This document shows, in pieces, positions 37,423 to 47,791 of a stretch of 64,000 bases of DNA. Within the stretch, counting starts at the first letter, position 1; each line of letters starts with the position of its first letter. Both the position numbers and the translations under genes were made by a program. A model generated the notes under the pieces. It was not told where the DNA came from, ran no database searches, and saw only the letters and a list, made by a program, of their open reading frames with translations. The stretch covers positions 32,001 to 96,000 of IMG/VR virus record IMGVR_UViG_2912838376_000002; one strand, 5' to 3'. The stretch is from a virus. Taxonomy: Duplodnaviria > Caudoviricetes.

Positions 37423-37677
37423 ATGATCGACTACATTGAAAACGACAACTCAGATAAGCCACCAGTTAATGTATATATCGGAGAAGAAGAATGGGCTAAC
37501 TATTCTTTTCAAAACAAAGTTAGATTACTTTATCGACTAAGAAACTCCGACAATGTACTAGCTAAAGAATTGGTAAAATCTATTTCATTACTAGTAGAAG
37601 AAGAACAAAAGATGAGAGAGATTGATTACGAAGCAACATTAAAACAATGTGAGGATGTGAGTGAATGGCCGGAATAA
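37423..37677 (+). CDS. Hypothetical protein
   Basis: ORF within the operon. Confidence 0.6.
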   Translation: MIDYIENDNSDKPPVNVYIGEEEWANYSFQNKVRLLYRLRNSDNVLAKELVKSISLLVEEEQKMREIDYEATLKQCEDVSEWPE

Positions 37678-37904
37678 AAAACATGTACCAGCTTTACGGT
37701 GCAACCCCATTCGACACGATTAAAGGCGATACAATTATGGACCGCCACATGCAATCACAACTTCGTCAATATACCCCATACTGTAAGTTCTGCGGACGAG
37801 AAATTATAAACTCTAAACAGGACGAGCATGGACACAACGTAGACCCTGAGTGGGAAATACATTACCAAATGCATTACCGCTGCTATAGGGAAAACGTTAG
37901 ATAA
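37665..37904 (+). CDS. Small Zn-finger-like protein
   Basis: CKFCG...HYRC. Confidence 0.6.
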   Translation: MAGIKNMYQLYGATPFDTIKGDTIMDRHMQSQLRQYTPYCKFCGREIINSKQDEHGHNVDPEWEIHYQMHYRCYRENVR

Positions 37905-37921
37905 AGAAGGAGTTAGATAAC

Positions 37922-38725
37922 ATGACAAAAATCGAATTAAGTATGGATGATATTTATACGTTTATGCAGTGTCCATTGAAGTACAAGCTGACTAAGATTC
38001 ATGAGATACCTTCTGAAGACGACTATAAAAGTGCAGTACTTTACTCAAAGGGCATTCATCAAACCATTTCCTACTTTTATTATGAAGTAATGCAAGGCAG
38101 ACTCCCTACTCTCCGACAAATGAGGGATAAGTGGGCTAACTATTATTACTCCATTTTTGAAGAGGATAAACGTACAAAGGATAACTTCCTACTTGCACGA
38201 ACAGGAACAGATCAACAACGAACGCAACAGATTTTAAACCGGGGCATGGAAGCTATCTACGCTTTCTATGCAGAGAACAAAGATAATCCCGGCACACCTA
38301 TTGCCGTCAATTACCCTTTCCGTATTGCTGTTCAAGACGACCTAATCCTTACAGGCGAATTTGAACTGATTCGAGAGTACACCGATTCAAACAATAAGCG
38401 CATGATTGAGATTGTTGATTTCAAAACCAGCAATAACAAGACTGACGCTTCCTCTGGATTTTTCCTCAGACATGACCTACGAGCAACTGCTATGTTTTAT
38501 GCCTTCCAGGAACTATTCCAATCTACACCAGACCGATTTGTATTTGATTACATCGGTACAGATAAACAATTGTCTTTATACAGAGATGAGAATGAAATTA
38601 AGCGCCTTAAAAGCGTACTAAAAGGAGTTCGTAACGGAATAAAGCAGGAGGATTTTTATCCGAGACAAAGCTTCATGTGCAAATCTTGCCCAATGATGAA
38701 CTACTGCGACAGATTACAATTTTAA
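37922..38725 (+). CDS. RecB/Cas4-like PD-(D/E)XK nuclease with Fe-S cysteines
   Basis: QCP, GIH, IVDFKTS, CKSCPMMNYC. Confidence 0.85.
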   Translation: MTKIELSMDDIYTFMQCPLKYKLTKIHEIPSEDDYKSAVLYSKGIHQTISYFYYEVMQGRLPTLRQMRDKWANYYYSIFEEDKRTKDNFLLARTGTDQQRTQQILNRGMEAIYAFYAENKDNPGTPIAVNYPFRIAVQDDLILTGEFELIREYTDSNNKRMIEIVDFKTSNNKTDASSGFFLRHDLRATAMFYAFQELFQSTPDRFVFDYIGTDKQLSLYRDENEIKRLKSVLKGVRNGIKQEDFYPRQSFMCKSCPMMNYCDRLQF

Positions 38726-38750
38726 CTCCAGATAAGGAGGTAGTCGCTGT

Positions 38751-39188
38751 ATGACACCAAATGAAATCGGTATCGTTGAAAAAATACTTACTAGCATCAC
38801 TGAAGGTGATAAACCATTTATGGTTCTGTTTGCAATCATCATGCTGTTTGTTATTTTCATGTCCGTTAAGGTTATGGGATATGTTCGTAGTGTTAGTGAT
38901 AGTCACAAAGAACAAATCACTGCTATGAACGACAACATGAAAGAACAACGTGAAGACCACTATAAAATGATTGCTGAAGATCGTCTTCGTTCTGATAATC
39001 GCGAAAGAGAATTATTCGTAAACTTAGAGAAGAATACTCAGCAACTTGAGGGCATTGCAACAACACTTAAAGAAGTACAATTCAATTTCACCAGTCTAGA
39101 AAACAAAGTTACACAAAACTTTGATTATCTTGAGAAAGAGATTGAAAGTGTTAAAGAAAAAGTTAGTAAAAAAGAAGACCACGAGTAA
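38751..39188 (+). CDS. BhlA/UviB-like holin-type protein
   Basis: Single TM (FMVLFAIIMLF) followed by a RERE coiled coil. Confidence 0.5.
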   Translation: MTPNEIGIVEKILTSITEGDKPFMVLFAIIMLFVIFMSVKVMGYVRSVSDSHKEQITAMNDNMKEQREDHYKMIAEDRLRSDNRERELFVNLEKNTQQLEGIATTLKEVQFNFTSLENKVTQNFDYLEKEIESVKEKVSKKEDHE

Positions 39189-39213
39189 TCTCGTGGTTTT
39201 TCTTATGTCTAAA

Positions 39214-39420
39214 TTATCCTATTCTTACTTTAATAACTGAGGATACTTCTTCTTTCCATTTGACCCATTCTTTATTATGCTCTCTGAATTTATCACCTAA
39301 TGGTTTATACCCTTTTTCAAATGCATATTTCAGCAACTTTAAATCTTCAATCGAGAACGCATTAGGATCTTCAAACCATAATACATTACATCCTCTTAAG
39401 TTCAATTTCCGACACCTCAA
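39214..39420 (-). CDS. Hypothetical protein
   Basis: ORF track. Confidence 0.5.
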   Translation of the reverse strand: MRCRKLNLRGCNVLWFEDPNAFSIEDLKLLKYAFEKGYKPLGDKFREHNKEWVKWKEEVSSVIKVRIG

Positions 39421-39515
39421 TTTAGACTTCCTTTTTGAAAAAGAAATCTTTTATTAATCGACAAGCAATAACAGTAGCAACAACAATCAAAATAGTTTTC
39501 ATGAGCTAAACCTCC

Positions 39516-40352
39516 CTATATTTCAAATGTTTTAATACCAAAGGATTTATGTTCGTCTATATCCCCTTCTGGTACTACATTCTTTTTAGGGTAGTTAGAA
39601 TAATGATCTGGGTATCCAATTGCATTCATATGGAATTGAACTCCCGCCTTTTCAAACTCACCTTGAATATGGTCATGTCCACAAATCCAATGATCTGCAT
39701 TAATAAAAGGAACATCCGTCATATAACAAGTATTCGGTTCATATGGTGTAAACGGGTTATGTACTGGCGGAACATGAGAAACAAATACATTAACATGTGT
39801 CTCTTCTAATGTGTCATACCAGTCCATAGACTCCTTATGTAACTTTCTTGGTACATCGCTTCCTGCATACCCATTGATTGATATATATCTAGGATCATTG
39901 GATACATTGCGAAGAAACTCCCAATCAGCTTGTGATTTAGGAAGGTACCATAGTACATCTCCAGCAAATGCTTTTCCTTTATATGTATCTACATTTTTAA
40001 CAAGAGGTACTACATTAGGAATCTCAGAAGCTTTCTCTATTAAGTCATTAATTCGACCTATAGAATCTTTATACTTCTTCTTTTGACTTCCTGAGATAAG
40101 GTACATATCATGGTTTCCAACTGTGAAATATACTCTTTCATAATGCTTTGCTGCTTCATCTAATATCCATAAGGACTGTTGATTCCATTCACTAAAGTCA
40201 CCAGGTAATATCAGAACTTCTCCATTGCCATTTTCTATTAGCTTTCTTGTTAATTCTCTTGTTCTGCTTTCCCACTTCATTTGGTTATTTGTCCAAAGCA
40301 TCCAGTGGTTGGCGTGTAAATCTGAAGCATAATCAATTTTCATATGTGTCAC
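39516..40352 (-). CDS. Calcineurin-like metallophosphoesterase
   Basis: SDLH, GD, GNHD, SHVPP, GHDH. Confidence 0.88.
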   Translation of the reverse strand: MTHMKIDYASDLHANHWMLWTNNQMKWESRTRELTRKLIENGNGEVLILPGDFSEWNQQSLWILDEAAKHYERVYFTVGNHDMYLISGSQKKKYKDSIGRINDLIEKASEIPNVVPLVKNVDTYKGKAFAGDVLWYLPKSQADWEFLRNVSNDPRYISINGYAGSDVPRKLHKESMDWYDTLEETHVNVFVSHVPPVHNPFTPYEPNTCYMTDVPFINADHWICGHDHIQGEFEKAGVQFHMNAIGYPDHYSNYPKKNVVPEGDIDEHKSFGIKTFEI

Positions 40353-40365
40353 TCCTATTGTCGCC

Positions 40366-40575
40366 TTAATAAGTTTGGAGTAGTTTTTCTGCTCTCTTTA
40401 TTAGGTCATCTGTATCTTTCATAGTTTTTTCAAATCTTTCAGCTGAAGGTAAATGTCTCTCTAGTAAAAGAAAAGCAACAGCAACAAAATCATGTGGCAA
40501 ATAACCTTCCTTGAATTTAAGCTTTTCTATTTTTTCAACCTCTTGCAAATACCCTTCTCTTTGATATTTGTCCAT
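40366..40575 (-). CDS. Hypothetical protein
   Basis: RBS GGAGGTG. Confidence 0.6.
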   Translation of the reverse strand: MDKYQREGYLQEVEKIEKLKFKEGYLPHDFVAVAFLLLERHLPSAERFEKTMKDTDDLIKRAEKLLQTY

Positions 40576-40626
40576 ATTACACCTCCAAATTCAAAAAAGG
40601 AGGAGGCGTTAGCCTCCCCCATATTT

Positions 40627-41055
40627 TTATTTCACTGGTTTTAAATATGGCTTGATTGGTAGAGTAGTAAAATCATAGCGAGCTACTTCATTCATATCTT
40701 CAAAGTATGCATGTAAGCTGTCAGTAATCATAAGGTTAATAATTTCTCCCTTTGGATTAAATAACAGTACAGGTTTTCCTAGAATATAAGCTGCGCCTAA
40801 TTCCCAAGCAGTGCCAGTGTCATCATAGTTTTCACCAATAATACCGAATACCATGTCTGCCCATTTGATGTGTTCTAAATCATTTTTAAATACGAATGTA
40901 CGCCATTCAAAAGAACCGAATTCTAAGTCAGGTAATTGATTTTCTCTCGGTGAAAATACAGTGTGTCCTAATGCACGCAATACCTGCTCTGCTTTTTCTA
41001 CATGTTTTAATTCTTCTTCATTAAAGAAAGGTGAAGCTAAATAGATGTTTGCCAT
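40627..41055 (-). CDS. Nucleoside 2-deoxyribosyltransferase family protein
   Basis: IYLASPFF, FSPRE, DTGTAWELGAAY, NLMI. Confidence 0.88.
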   Translation of the reverse strand: MANIYLASPFFNEEELKHVEKAEQVLRALGHTVFSPRENQLPDLEFGSFEWRTFVFKNDLEHIKWADMVFGIIGENYDDTGTAWELGAAYILGKPVLLFNPKGEIINLMITDSLHAYFEDMNEVARYDFTTLPIKPYLKPVK

Positions 41056-41119
41056 GTTGTTTCCTCCTGATGCTTAGGGGCTAACGCCCCATCCTAGTTT
41101 GTCTTGTTTATTAGGAAGA

Positions 41120-41422
41120 TTACCATGTTAACCATCCATATGTGTGATACTCATGTTTTGTTGGATGACATGCATCTTCTGATTTAATGTTGCGATATTT
41201 AGCACGAATGTGACGCTTCCATTCTTTTGCGGCGCTCCAATCTTCATTGTATCCACCGTACTTCATTGTGAAATATTTACGTGCTTTAAATAATCGTTCT
41301 TTCTTCGGATCGAACAAGCGAGTATTCTTAGTTGTACAATAACGACTGCTTTCTTTTTCTGCTTGTTCTTGCTCCCATAATTCGATTTCCTTTGGATTAA
41401 ACATAATGTCCCTAGGAACCAA
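41120..41422 (-). CDS. Hypothetical protein; 5' region unclear and possibly degenerate
   Basis: No clear RBS; short ORFs upstream. Confidence 0.4.
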   Translation of the reverse strand: MVPRDIMFNPKEIELWEQEQAEKESSRYCTTKNTRLFDPKKERLFKARKYFTMKYGGYNEDWSAAKEWKRHIRAKYRNIKSEDACHPTKHEYHTYGWLTW

Positions 41423-41509
41423 CAGTAATATTTACGCTCGTCATATCGGCGCAGGCTGTCAGTTTCCCGAGTTCATTAGTTCCGATGGTTTCATATATCC
41501 AAAATACAT

Positions 41510-41758
41510 TTAACGTTCACACCTTTCTGCTCCACCCTTAATGGCTTTATCTGAGCAATTGTCACAGATAAGATGATTCTTTTCCCCCTTGATAAAAGCC
41601 AAATTAGTATTGCTTTCCTCTTCAAAATGAGTACGACATATTTCACATTTAGGTGTATCTTTACGATGCTTACTATAGCTTTTATAGCTCATAAAGTTTA
41701 CCCAAACTTTTACCACTTCAAAGGTTTCGGTGTATGTTTGCTTAAATAGATAACTCAT
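41510..41758 (-). CDS. Zn-finger hypothetical protein
   Basis: CEIC...CDNC; RBS AGGAGG. Confidence 0.6.
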   Translation of the reverse strand: MSYLFKQTYTETFEVVKVWVNFMSYKSYSKHRKDTPKCEICRTHFEEESNTNLAFIKGEKNHLICDNCSDKAIKGGAERCER

Positions 41759-41814
41759 TTAATAAACCTCCTTAAACAAGCCTATGAATTTCTACTTTTT
41801 CAAGAATGCTTAAG

Positions 41815-42249
41815 TTAAACACCCACAGCCGACAATCTTGTATCGACTCTGTATGAAACACGTATCTTTTCTACGGCTCTTTCGCGCTCAATAGTTAATT
41901 TCTTTCGTACAAGCTCCTCTTGTTCGAGTGAAACTTTTAATTCAAAACGTTGCTTGTCAGTGAGTTTATGCATATTTTCCATTATCCACATAGTTTGTTT
42001 ATTAGTTAAAGGATGAAATAAACTTTTAAAAACATGACAACCATTACATCCTTCTTTTCCAGTCCAAGGGTATGTGCCGAATTTTAAAAACTCCCCTTTG
42101 GTTGCCATTTCGTTATAATCCATTGTGTATTTTACCTGATACTTTTCAATAAGCTTTTCAGCTAGTTCCCCATGTTTTCCATAATCACATTCATAAAAAA
42201 TACCATCCGGTGCTAGATATCCAGATAAACCATAATTCATTTCTTCCAT
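41815..42249 (-). CDS. Hypothetical protein, probably SOS-regulated
   Basis: GYLAPDGIFY.CDYGKH; downstream of the LexA box. Confidence 0.7.
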   Translation of the reverse strand: MEEMNYGLSGYLAPDGIFYECDYGKHGELAEKLIEKYQVKYTMDYNEMATKGEFLKFGTYPWTGKEGCNGCHVFKSLFHPLTNKQTMWIMENMHKLTDKQRFELKVSLEQEELVRKKLTIERERAVEKIRVSYRVDTRLSAVGV

Positions 42250-42299
42250 CGGCTCATTCCCTCTTGTTCTGTTAATTTATAATTTTTCTCCATTATTTA

Positions 42300-42342
42300 C
42301 GAACGCATGTTCTTATTATATAAAAAATAATGGGAAAATCAA
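42300..42342 (-). promoter_or_regulatory. SOS promoter: LexA/DinR box CGAACGCATGTTCT plus TTGATT-16-TATAAT
   Basis: Box at 42300-42313 matches CGAACRNRYGTTCY and sits just downstream of the -10. Confidence 0.8.
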
Positions 42343-42473
42343 CCTTAGTATGATATATTTTACCAACGAAACAATAAATTATGAATTATATTAATCTATA
42401 AATTAATAAATCTATAAATTTTTTCTCTAGATAACTGCAATGTATTCCAAAAAGTGGACATACTTCATATCTA

Positions 42474-42647
42474 TTAATCTCCAATATCGAAATCGAAATC
42501 AAATCCGGAACCGCTGCCACCTGATCCAAAACGAAGTATGAAGTACAGTGTAGTTAAAACAAGTACCACTAACCATCCCCAGTGATAATCAACAAACATC
42601 ATTACAAGGGATACTACCCATAAAACAAAACAAATAAAAGAAAACAT
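42474..42647 (-). CDS. Small 2-TM protein with Gly/Asp-Phe tail (57 aa, not in the ORF track)
   Basis: RBS AGGAG; ends GSGGSGSGFDFDFDIGD. Confidence 0.55.
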   Translation of the reverse strand: MFSFICFVLWVVSLVMMFVDYHWGWLVVLVLTTLYFILRFGSGGSGSGFDFDFDIGD

Positions 42648-42652
42648 TTTCT

Positions 42653-42880
42653 TTACTCCTTATTCATTAGCTTTAGTAATTCTGCAACTGATAAGTCACG
42701 AACCATTACATTAGACAAAGGCATTTCCCTTTTACTTGAGATACGAGAATATCTATCTCCTATTTCAAAATCAGAATCTTTTTCAGATAATGATGTTTCT
42801 AATGCTGATTCATCTTCTGTTAATACAACTGCAGAGGTTGACCTACCAGCCGTCTGGTAAAACACTCGAAATGCTTTCAT
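42653..42880 (-). CDS. Hypothetical protein
   Basis: RBS GGAGAGG. Confidence 0.6.
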   Translation of the reverse strand: MKAFRVFYQTAGRSTSAVVLTEDESALETSLSEKDSDFEIGDRYSRISSKREMPLSNVMVRDLSVAELLKLMNKE

Positions 42881-43169
42881 TCTGACACGCCTCTCCTTCT
42901 TCTATACAATCAGCGAACATTACTGTATTAAATTTCTTAAGTGGATGTTCTACAAATTCAACTTTTGAATTACTTCTACCCACATATATCTCTTTGACAG
43001 TTAAAACTTGCCCTTCCTCAAAATAAGTTGCTGCATACTCTCTTTCACTGTCGTATCCATTTTTATTCAAAAAGTAAACTTTTCTTCCTGCTGGAAGTGG
43101 TCCATCATAACGATCTCCGAAGCTATACTCATCTATTCCACCTGCAAGACTCATTGGATCTACCCACAT
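42843..43169 (-). CDS. Hypothetical phage protein
   Basis: RBS GGGGG. Confidence 0.6.
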   Translation of the reverse strand: MWVDPMSLAGGIDEYSFGDRYDGPLPAGRKVYFLNKNGYDSEREYAATYFEEGQVLTVKEIYVGRSNSKVEFVEHPLKKFNTVMFADCIEEGEACQNESISSVLPDGW

Positions 43170-43179
43170 ATTAATCCCC

Positions 43180-43812
43180 CTATACGTTCTCTTTATTTAG
43201 CTTTTCTTGACACTCTTCCTTGGTTTTAAAAAAGCCACCAAGATGCGCTTGCACACTACTAGAAGCTCTGTATGAAGTAGGTTCTATATACATCTTCACG
43301 CTAAGTTGCTTTCCTTGTGCCCATGTATGGATATCTATTTCTTTAACTAATCCTTTTTCTGCACTTTTTATTAGTTTTCTCCTGCATCCAAAACCATTAC
43401 ACTCCGGACACTTTATTTTTCTTTCCTCGCCCTGGATTTGGACAACAACCTTTTTATCGCCTGAGCAAACCAAACATGTTTCTGAGTTATATTGACTTCT
43501 AACAAACCAAACTTCATCACCTAGCTTAAAGCCTCCAAGCATCTCTCTTTTTGCTTGGTCTTCACCTTCTTTTTTGAAAGTATTTTCAGCATTCTTTAGT
43601 TCCATTTGTAATTTATGCATCTGATTTCTTAAATCACTAATTGTCTTTTGGGACTTTTCGTCTCGTTCTTTCGTTTTTTCATAATCACTAACCCTATTTA
43701 ACAAGCGTTTTTCAACTTCTTGTTCTAGTAAATTGTTAATACCTATATTGAAATTAAAGTTTTCATCTACACCAAAATAGTTTTCTTCAAACCCATGACA
43801 TTCCATATTCAT
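43180..43812 (-). CDS. Coiled-coil protein with a DnaJ-type CxxCxG zinc finger
   Basis: CLVCSG...CPECNGFG. Confidence 0.65.
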   Translation of the reverse strand: MNMECHGFEENYFGVDENFNFNIGINNLLEQEVEKRLLNRVSDYEKTKERDEKSQKTISDLRNQMHKLQMELKNAENTFKKEGEDQAKREMLGGFKLGDEVWFVRSQYNSETCLVCSGDKKVVVQIQGEERKIKCPECNGFGCRRKLIKSAEKGLVKEIDIHTWAQGKQLSVKMYIEPTSYRASSSVQAHLGGFFKTKEECQEKLNKENV

Positions 43813-43830
43813 TTTCCCTCTCTGTTTGAG

Positions 43831-44103
43831 TTATTCCCACCAAAAACGTTTCGTAAGTCGTTCCCAACCTTGTTTTTGTGAGTCCTTAATGTAGTCTTCC
43901 TCAAATAATTTAACAACTTCCATTTGAGCAGACCTGTAAGTTGTACACCATTCTTCCTTAAAGACTTCAGCAACCGCTGTTTTGTTGTGTTCTAAAATAG
44001 CTGCTTCGATTTCTTCTTCTGTTCCGGTGTACCCGTAATGCATTTCTAGCCATTGCTCAAAAGTTAAGTCTTTTGGTAATGTAGTAGTACTCATTTTTAT
44101 CAC
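43831..44103 (-). CDS. Hypothetical protein
   Basis: ORF track. Confidence 0.6.
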   Translation of the reverse strand: MIKMSTTTLPKDLTFEQWLEMHYGYTGTEEEIEAAILEHNKTAVAEVFKEEWCTTYRSAQMEVVKLFEEDYIKDSQKQGWERLTKRFWWE

Positions 44104-44108
44104 TCCTT

Positions 44109-44252
44109 TTATGTTTTTTTACCCGTTCGGTAATCTAATAGCTCTTTGCAGATTTCTTTTAGTATAGCTTTGTTAATAATAACTGCTCCGCCACCATTCC
44201 AATCTAAACATTGTCGTGGTAGTTTCTTAAGTTGTTCATCTGTTAATTTCAT
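44109..44252 (-). CDS. Small hypothetical protein (47 aa, not in the ORF track)
   Basis: RBS AGGTGAG; MKLTDEQLKKLPRQC... Confidence 0.5.
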   Translation of the reverse strand: MKLTDEQLKKLPRQCLDWNGGGAVIINKAILKEICKELLDYRTGKKT

Positions 44253-44346
44253 TTATCTCACCTTTTCAATAATTTCATTCAGTGCAAAAGTCTTACATGT
44301 AAAGAAAGGAGAAGCGCTACAAACATAGGCACTTCTCCCTCTCTTG

Positions 44347-44973
44347 TCAAATAGAATTTCCTGCAACAATGATAGGTTTTAATTCTTTAAGTCGTAAACG
44401 GTTTGTACCACTTGCTGTGATATATACCTCTGTCTCTATACGAATTGCGTTCTTATTAGAATCGACATAGATTCGTACTGGTTTCTCTTCAAAGTATCCT
44501 TTTGAGAATGAAGTAGAGTACGGCTTATAATCTTTCTTTAAAACCTTCTTTTCATGCAATAACTGCAGTAATGACTGAACAGGATTCGTTCTCATTTCTT
44601 CAGCTAATCCATCCCCATAGACAGCTACTAGGTCTTCTAAGAAACCTTTTAGTGTTGTTCGATTCTGTCTATAGATGCAGCGAACATAACGATTAGAGTC
44701 ATGGCCAGCTTCCACTAATACAACATCTTTCTCTAGTCGCACCTTTAACAAGTTCTCTACTTTTTTAATTAGTAACTCCCGTTCTTGTCCTTTTAGTTCA
44801 ATCTCTTCGGAGTTCTTAGTAAGACGTTCTGCTTTTTCTTCTTTCTCTTCCTTATGCTTTTGCATTACATTTGACTGCTTTTTCAGTAGTCGCTTCTGTT
44901 CTTTAAGAAAATCCGCTGCCATTAAAATATTTGTTCTTACATCATTTGTTGATTCCATTAATAGATTTTTCAT
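44347..44973 (-). CDS. Hypothetical coiled-coil protein
   Basis: RBS AGGAG. Confidence 0.65.
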   Translation of the reverse strand: MKNLLMESTNDVRTNILMAADFLKEQKRLLKKQSNVMQKHKEEKEEKAERLTKNSEEIELKGQERELLIKKVENLLKVRLEKDVVLVEAGHDSNRYVRCIYRQNRTTLKGFLEDLVAVYGDGLAEEMRTNPVQSLLQLLHEKKVLKKDYKPYSTSFSKGYFEEKPVRIYVDSNKNAIRIETEVYITASGTNRLRLKELKPIIVAGNSI

Positions 44974-45033
44974 TAAATCCGCTCCTTTTATTAAATAGAA
45001 AAAGCAGAGGATATCTCCCCTGCTGGTTAGTTA

Positions 45034-45849
45034 TTAAAGATTAAAATGAGAGTCTAAAGAGTCACAAAGATAATCGAATCCTTGTTTTGTGATAAAGACT
45101 TGTCCTTTTAATAGCTTTAAGATATTTCGATTTACAAGTTGGCGGTGTGGCATATTACGATTACGTCCTTCTGAACCAATCATACGATTGTCACGCATGT
45201 ATTGGAACAGTTGGTTACGGCCTAAGCTATAACGCGGAAACATAATACGTGCAAAATCATCAATGGTCATCAGAGCATCTTCAGATAAGAACTCTTTATA
45301 TTTCTTGGCATATGGTTGAAGTGCTTTAATTTGATTATCAACCACGCGGATCTCTTCTTCTAGTAGTTCAGTTTGCTCGCCTAATGTCTCAATTTGAGAA
45401 TTAAGTTGAGCAAGTTCTGCTTCTTGTTGAATAAGTACTTCGTCTAGTTTACTTAATAAGACAACTGTTTGTTGTTGAAGTGTTAGATTCTGTCTCAGAG
45501 TTACGCCAGAAACACGTAGCTCTTTCATATGTGCCTTAACAACTTTCTTGCACTCTTTCGCTACAGGTTTACGAGATTGCAACAGTACTTCATACATACC
45601 TTGTTCTGTAAGCATCCAAGATTCTTGAGCACCACTTTGCGTCGGAACAATTTTCCGAACCTTTTCATCTTCATCTACATTTCTTAACATCTTATTAATT
45701 GATGAAACATCATACTCAATCCATTGAGCTACATCTTTAGCTAAGAACAATGGCTCCTCAAATGTTCCATAGATAGAAAAGGAACGTCCTTCAAAAACCA
45801 TCTCAGAGATAGGCACTAAAACCTCAACACTTACTACTTCGTTTGTCAT
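45034..45849 (-). CDS. BRO-N / KilA-C phage antirepressor
   Basis: PLFLAKDVA...LTEQGMYEVLLQSRKPVAK; C-terminal GRNQLFQYMRD...ITKQG. Confidence 0.85.
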   Translation of the reverse strand: MTNEVVSVEVLVPISEMVFEGRSFSIYGTFEEPLFLAKDVAQWIEYDVSSINKMLRNVDEDEKVRKIVPTQSGAQESWMLTEQGMYEVLLQSRKPVAKECKKVVKAHMKELRVSGVTLRQNLTLQQQTVVLLSKLDEVLIQQEAELAQLNSQIETLGEQTELLEEEIRVVDNQIKALQPYAKKYKEFLSEDALMTIDDFARIMFPRYSLGRNQLFQYMRDNRMIGSEGRNRNMPHRQLVNRNILKLLKGQVFITKQGFDYLCDSLDSHFNL

Positions 45850-46026
45850 GTATTTTCCTCCAAATAAAAAAGCGCCGCAAATAGATGCGACACTCTTGTT
45901 AAGTATAGTTTATTTAGAGTGGAGTACATATCAAGGAGAATGAATCTAAGACTCCTTATAACAAGACTCAGTAATACAGTGCTGGGACTTTTAAAGAGAA
46001 TCACTTGATAACCAAGACTTCTCTCC

Positions 46027-46362
46027 CTAATAAGTACCCCTACTCTCCAAAAAATTTTCTGATGGCGCGAATCTCGCTTCCAACAGTATGTCGTTAATAA
46101 CAAATCCTACATTGAATTTGTCTTCTTCTAAATCTAAATAGATGGGTTTAGCTTCTAACTCTTTTTTAATATATAGTTCATCCATATCTTTAACATTATC
46201 CTCTAAGAGTAAGTGTTTCCTATCTTTTTTAGGTTCTAAAATAGCTATACCTATAGACGGAAAATATAAAAGGATATCGATGGACCCCACTTTAACGTTC
46301 TCTTCAAACATTAAGTGATAAAAAGAATTCTTAATAATTTCTATTGCCTCTTGCTTATTCAT
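46027..46362 (-). CDS. Hypothetical protein
   Basis: RBS GGGAG. Confidence 0.6.
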   Translation of the reverse strand: MNKQEAIEIIKNSFYHLMFEENVKVGSIDILLYFPSIGIAILEPKKDRKHLLLEDNVKDMDELYIKKELEAKPIYLDLEEDKFNVGFVINDILLEARFAPSENFLESRGTY

Positions 46363-46486
46363 TATTAACTCCCTTCACAAGCAATCCTACCTACCTTTAT
46401 ACCATATTTACGAAAAAGCTAAAAGACACCTTTTTCTTACAGTTATTAAGTTAAGCTAACCCATCTGTAAATATTCGAGATAATTC

Positions 46487-46515
46487 TTTACAAGTAAAGA
46501 TCTAATGGTTCAAAT
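46487..46515 (+). promoter_or_regulatory. Promoter with AGATCTAATGG variant of the conserved motif
   Basis: TTTACA-N5-AGATCTAATGG-T-TCAAAT, same spacing as the other copies. Confidence 0.45.
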
Positions 46516-46549
46516 ACTTACAGACAAGTTAGTTCAAGGAGGAATTAAT

Positions 46550-46696
46550 GTGCTTAAATTTATTAACAATCAAGGTAAAAAAGTCATGGAGATGACAGAT
46601 AACGGCGATGTAACTATCTTAAATGAAGAACTTAAAAAGTCTTTCTCTGAAAACTCTCTACAAGAAACTAAGAAAGAGGAGAAAGAAAATGAATAA
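46550..46696 (+). CDS. Small hypothetical protein
   Basis: RBS AGGAGG before GTG. Confidence 0.6.
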   Translation: MLKFINNQGKKVMEMTDNGDVTILNEELKKSFSENSLQETKKEEKENE

Positions 46697-47255
46697 ACCA
46701 ACTGAACAAAAAGAAGTGTTAGGTATTTTCATTACTAAAAATGAAGTAGCTAACTTAAATATGGAACACATTCATGTAAGTGATTTTGCTATTCAAACGA
46801 TCTTAAAAACAATTCGTCTTACTCCTGAAGTTCAGGCAGAAGTTATTGATAAGATGGTTGAACGTACTCCAGGTTACTTCCAACTAGATCCAGAAGAACA
46901 AGTAAATAAAATCAAAACAACTCTAACTATCGAAACAGTTGTTGAGTACCTTCGTCTACATGAGTATATCCGTGAAGGTATTGACATGATTGAAGTTGGT
47001 ATCGACCAAGAAGGTTCTATTATTGTTTCTGCTTTCTACGTAGAGCAAAATGAAACACTTGATAAGGTCTTCCGAAAAGAGTTAACTCCAGAAGAAATTG
47101 ACCAGTTGGAAAAAGAAGTAAATATCTTAGATGGTCAGGTAAATATCTATGAAGAAGCTAAAAAGCGTTTAGATCAGATGAAAAAGGATAACGTTATTCC
47201 TTTTCAAAACCGTGCAGCTCGACGTCAAGCGAAAGCGAGGTTATCACACAAATGA
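46689..47255 (+). CDS. Hypothetical protein
   Basis: RBS GAGGAG before MNKPTEQ. Confidence 0.7.
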   Translation: MNKPTEQKEVLGIFITKNEVANLNMEHIHVSDFAIQTILKTIRLTPEVQAEVIDKMVERTPGYFQLDPEEQVNKIKTTLTIETVVEYLRLHEYIREGIDMIEVGIDQEGSIIVSAFYVEQNETLDKVFRKELTPEEIDQLEKEVNILDGQVNIYEEAKKRLDQMKKDNVIPFQNRAARRQAKARLSHK

Positions 47256-47791
47256 GTGAAGAACAAGTAAAAGACAATCCAGTATACGTAGTTGAAGAAG
47301 AAGAGGAAGAAACTATTACAGTTGACCTCGAAAATCAAACTATCTATCAAAAAGAAGAAGGACTAATTATGAGTCAGGACGGTATCATCGACCCTAACAT
47401 GTACAAGATGTCAAAAACATTTGGTGACTTTGATGGAGACATGAGAGCTATTGAGATAACTCCCCCAAAACCAACCTTCCAAAATGAACTTCAAGATTTA
47501 CTACTAAATACAGTAACTTCAAAAGCGGTTGCTTCCCTACTATCAAAACATTCAGCTCTTGATACAGAGCTTGATATTTTAATGGAAAACAAACGAATGG
47601 GACAACTTGGTTCTATTCTAGATAAAGAAATTGACGACATGATGACTAAGCGCCGTATGGAATTACGTTCTTGCTTCATAGGAGAACAAGTTCGCTATGA
47701 AAAGGTTCCAGACTGGGCAAAGAGTTATGTAAAAGAATACATCAAAAACATGATTCATGGTTTATCAATTTTAGTAGAAGACGGGGAATAA
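47252..47791 (+). CDS. Acidic hypothetical protein containing GDFDGD
   Basis: ATGA overlap with the upstream stop. Confidence 0.65.
   Translation: MSEEQVKDNPVYVVEEEEEETITVDLENQTIYQKEEGLIMSQDGIIDPNMYKMSKTFGDFDGDMRAIEITPPKPTFQNELQDLLLNTVTSKAVASLLSKHSALDTELDILMENKRMGQLGSILDKEIDDMMTKRRMELRSCFIGEQVRYEKVPDWAKSYVKEYIKNMIHGLSILVEDGE

Noticed and set aside
41781-41803. Further copy of the AAATCAAATGG promoter motif
   Set aside because: Only about 7/11 match and spacing off by one.
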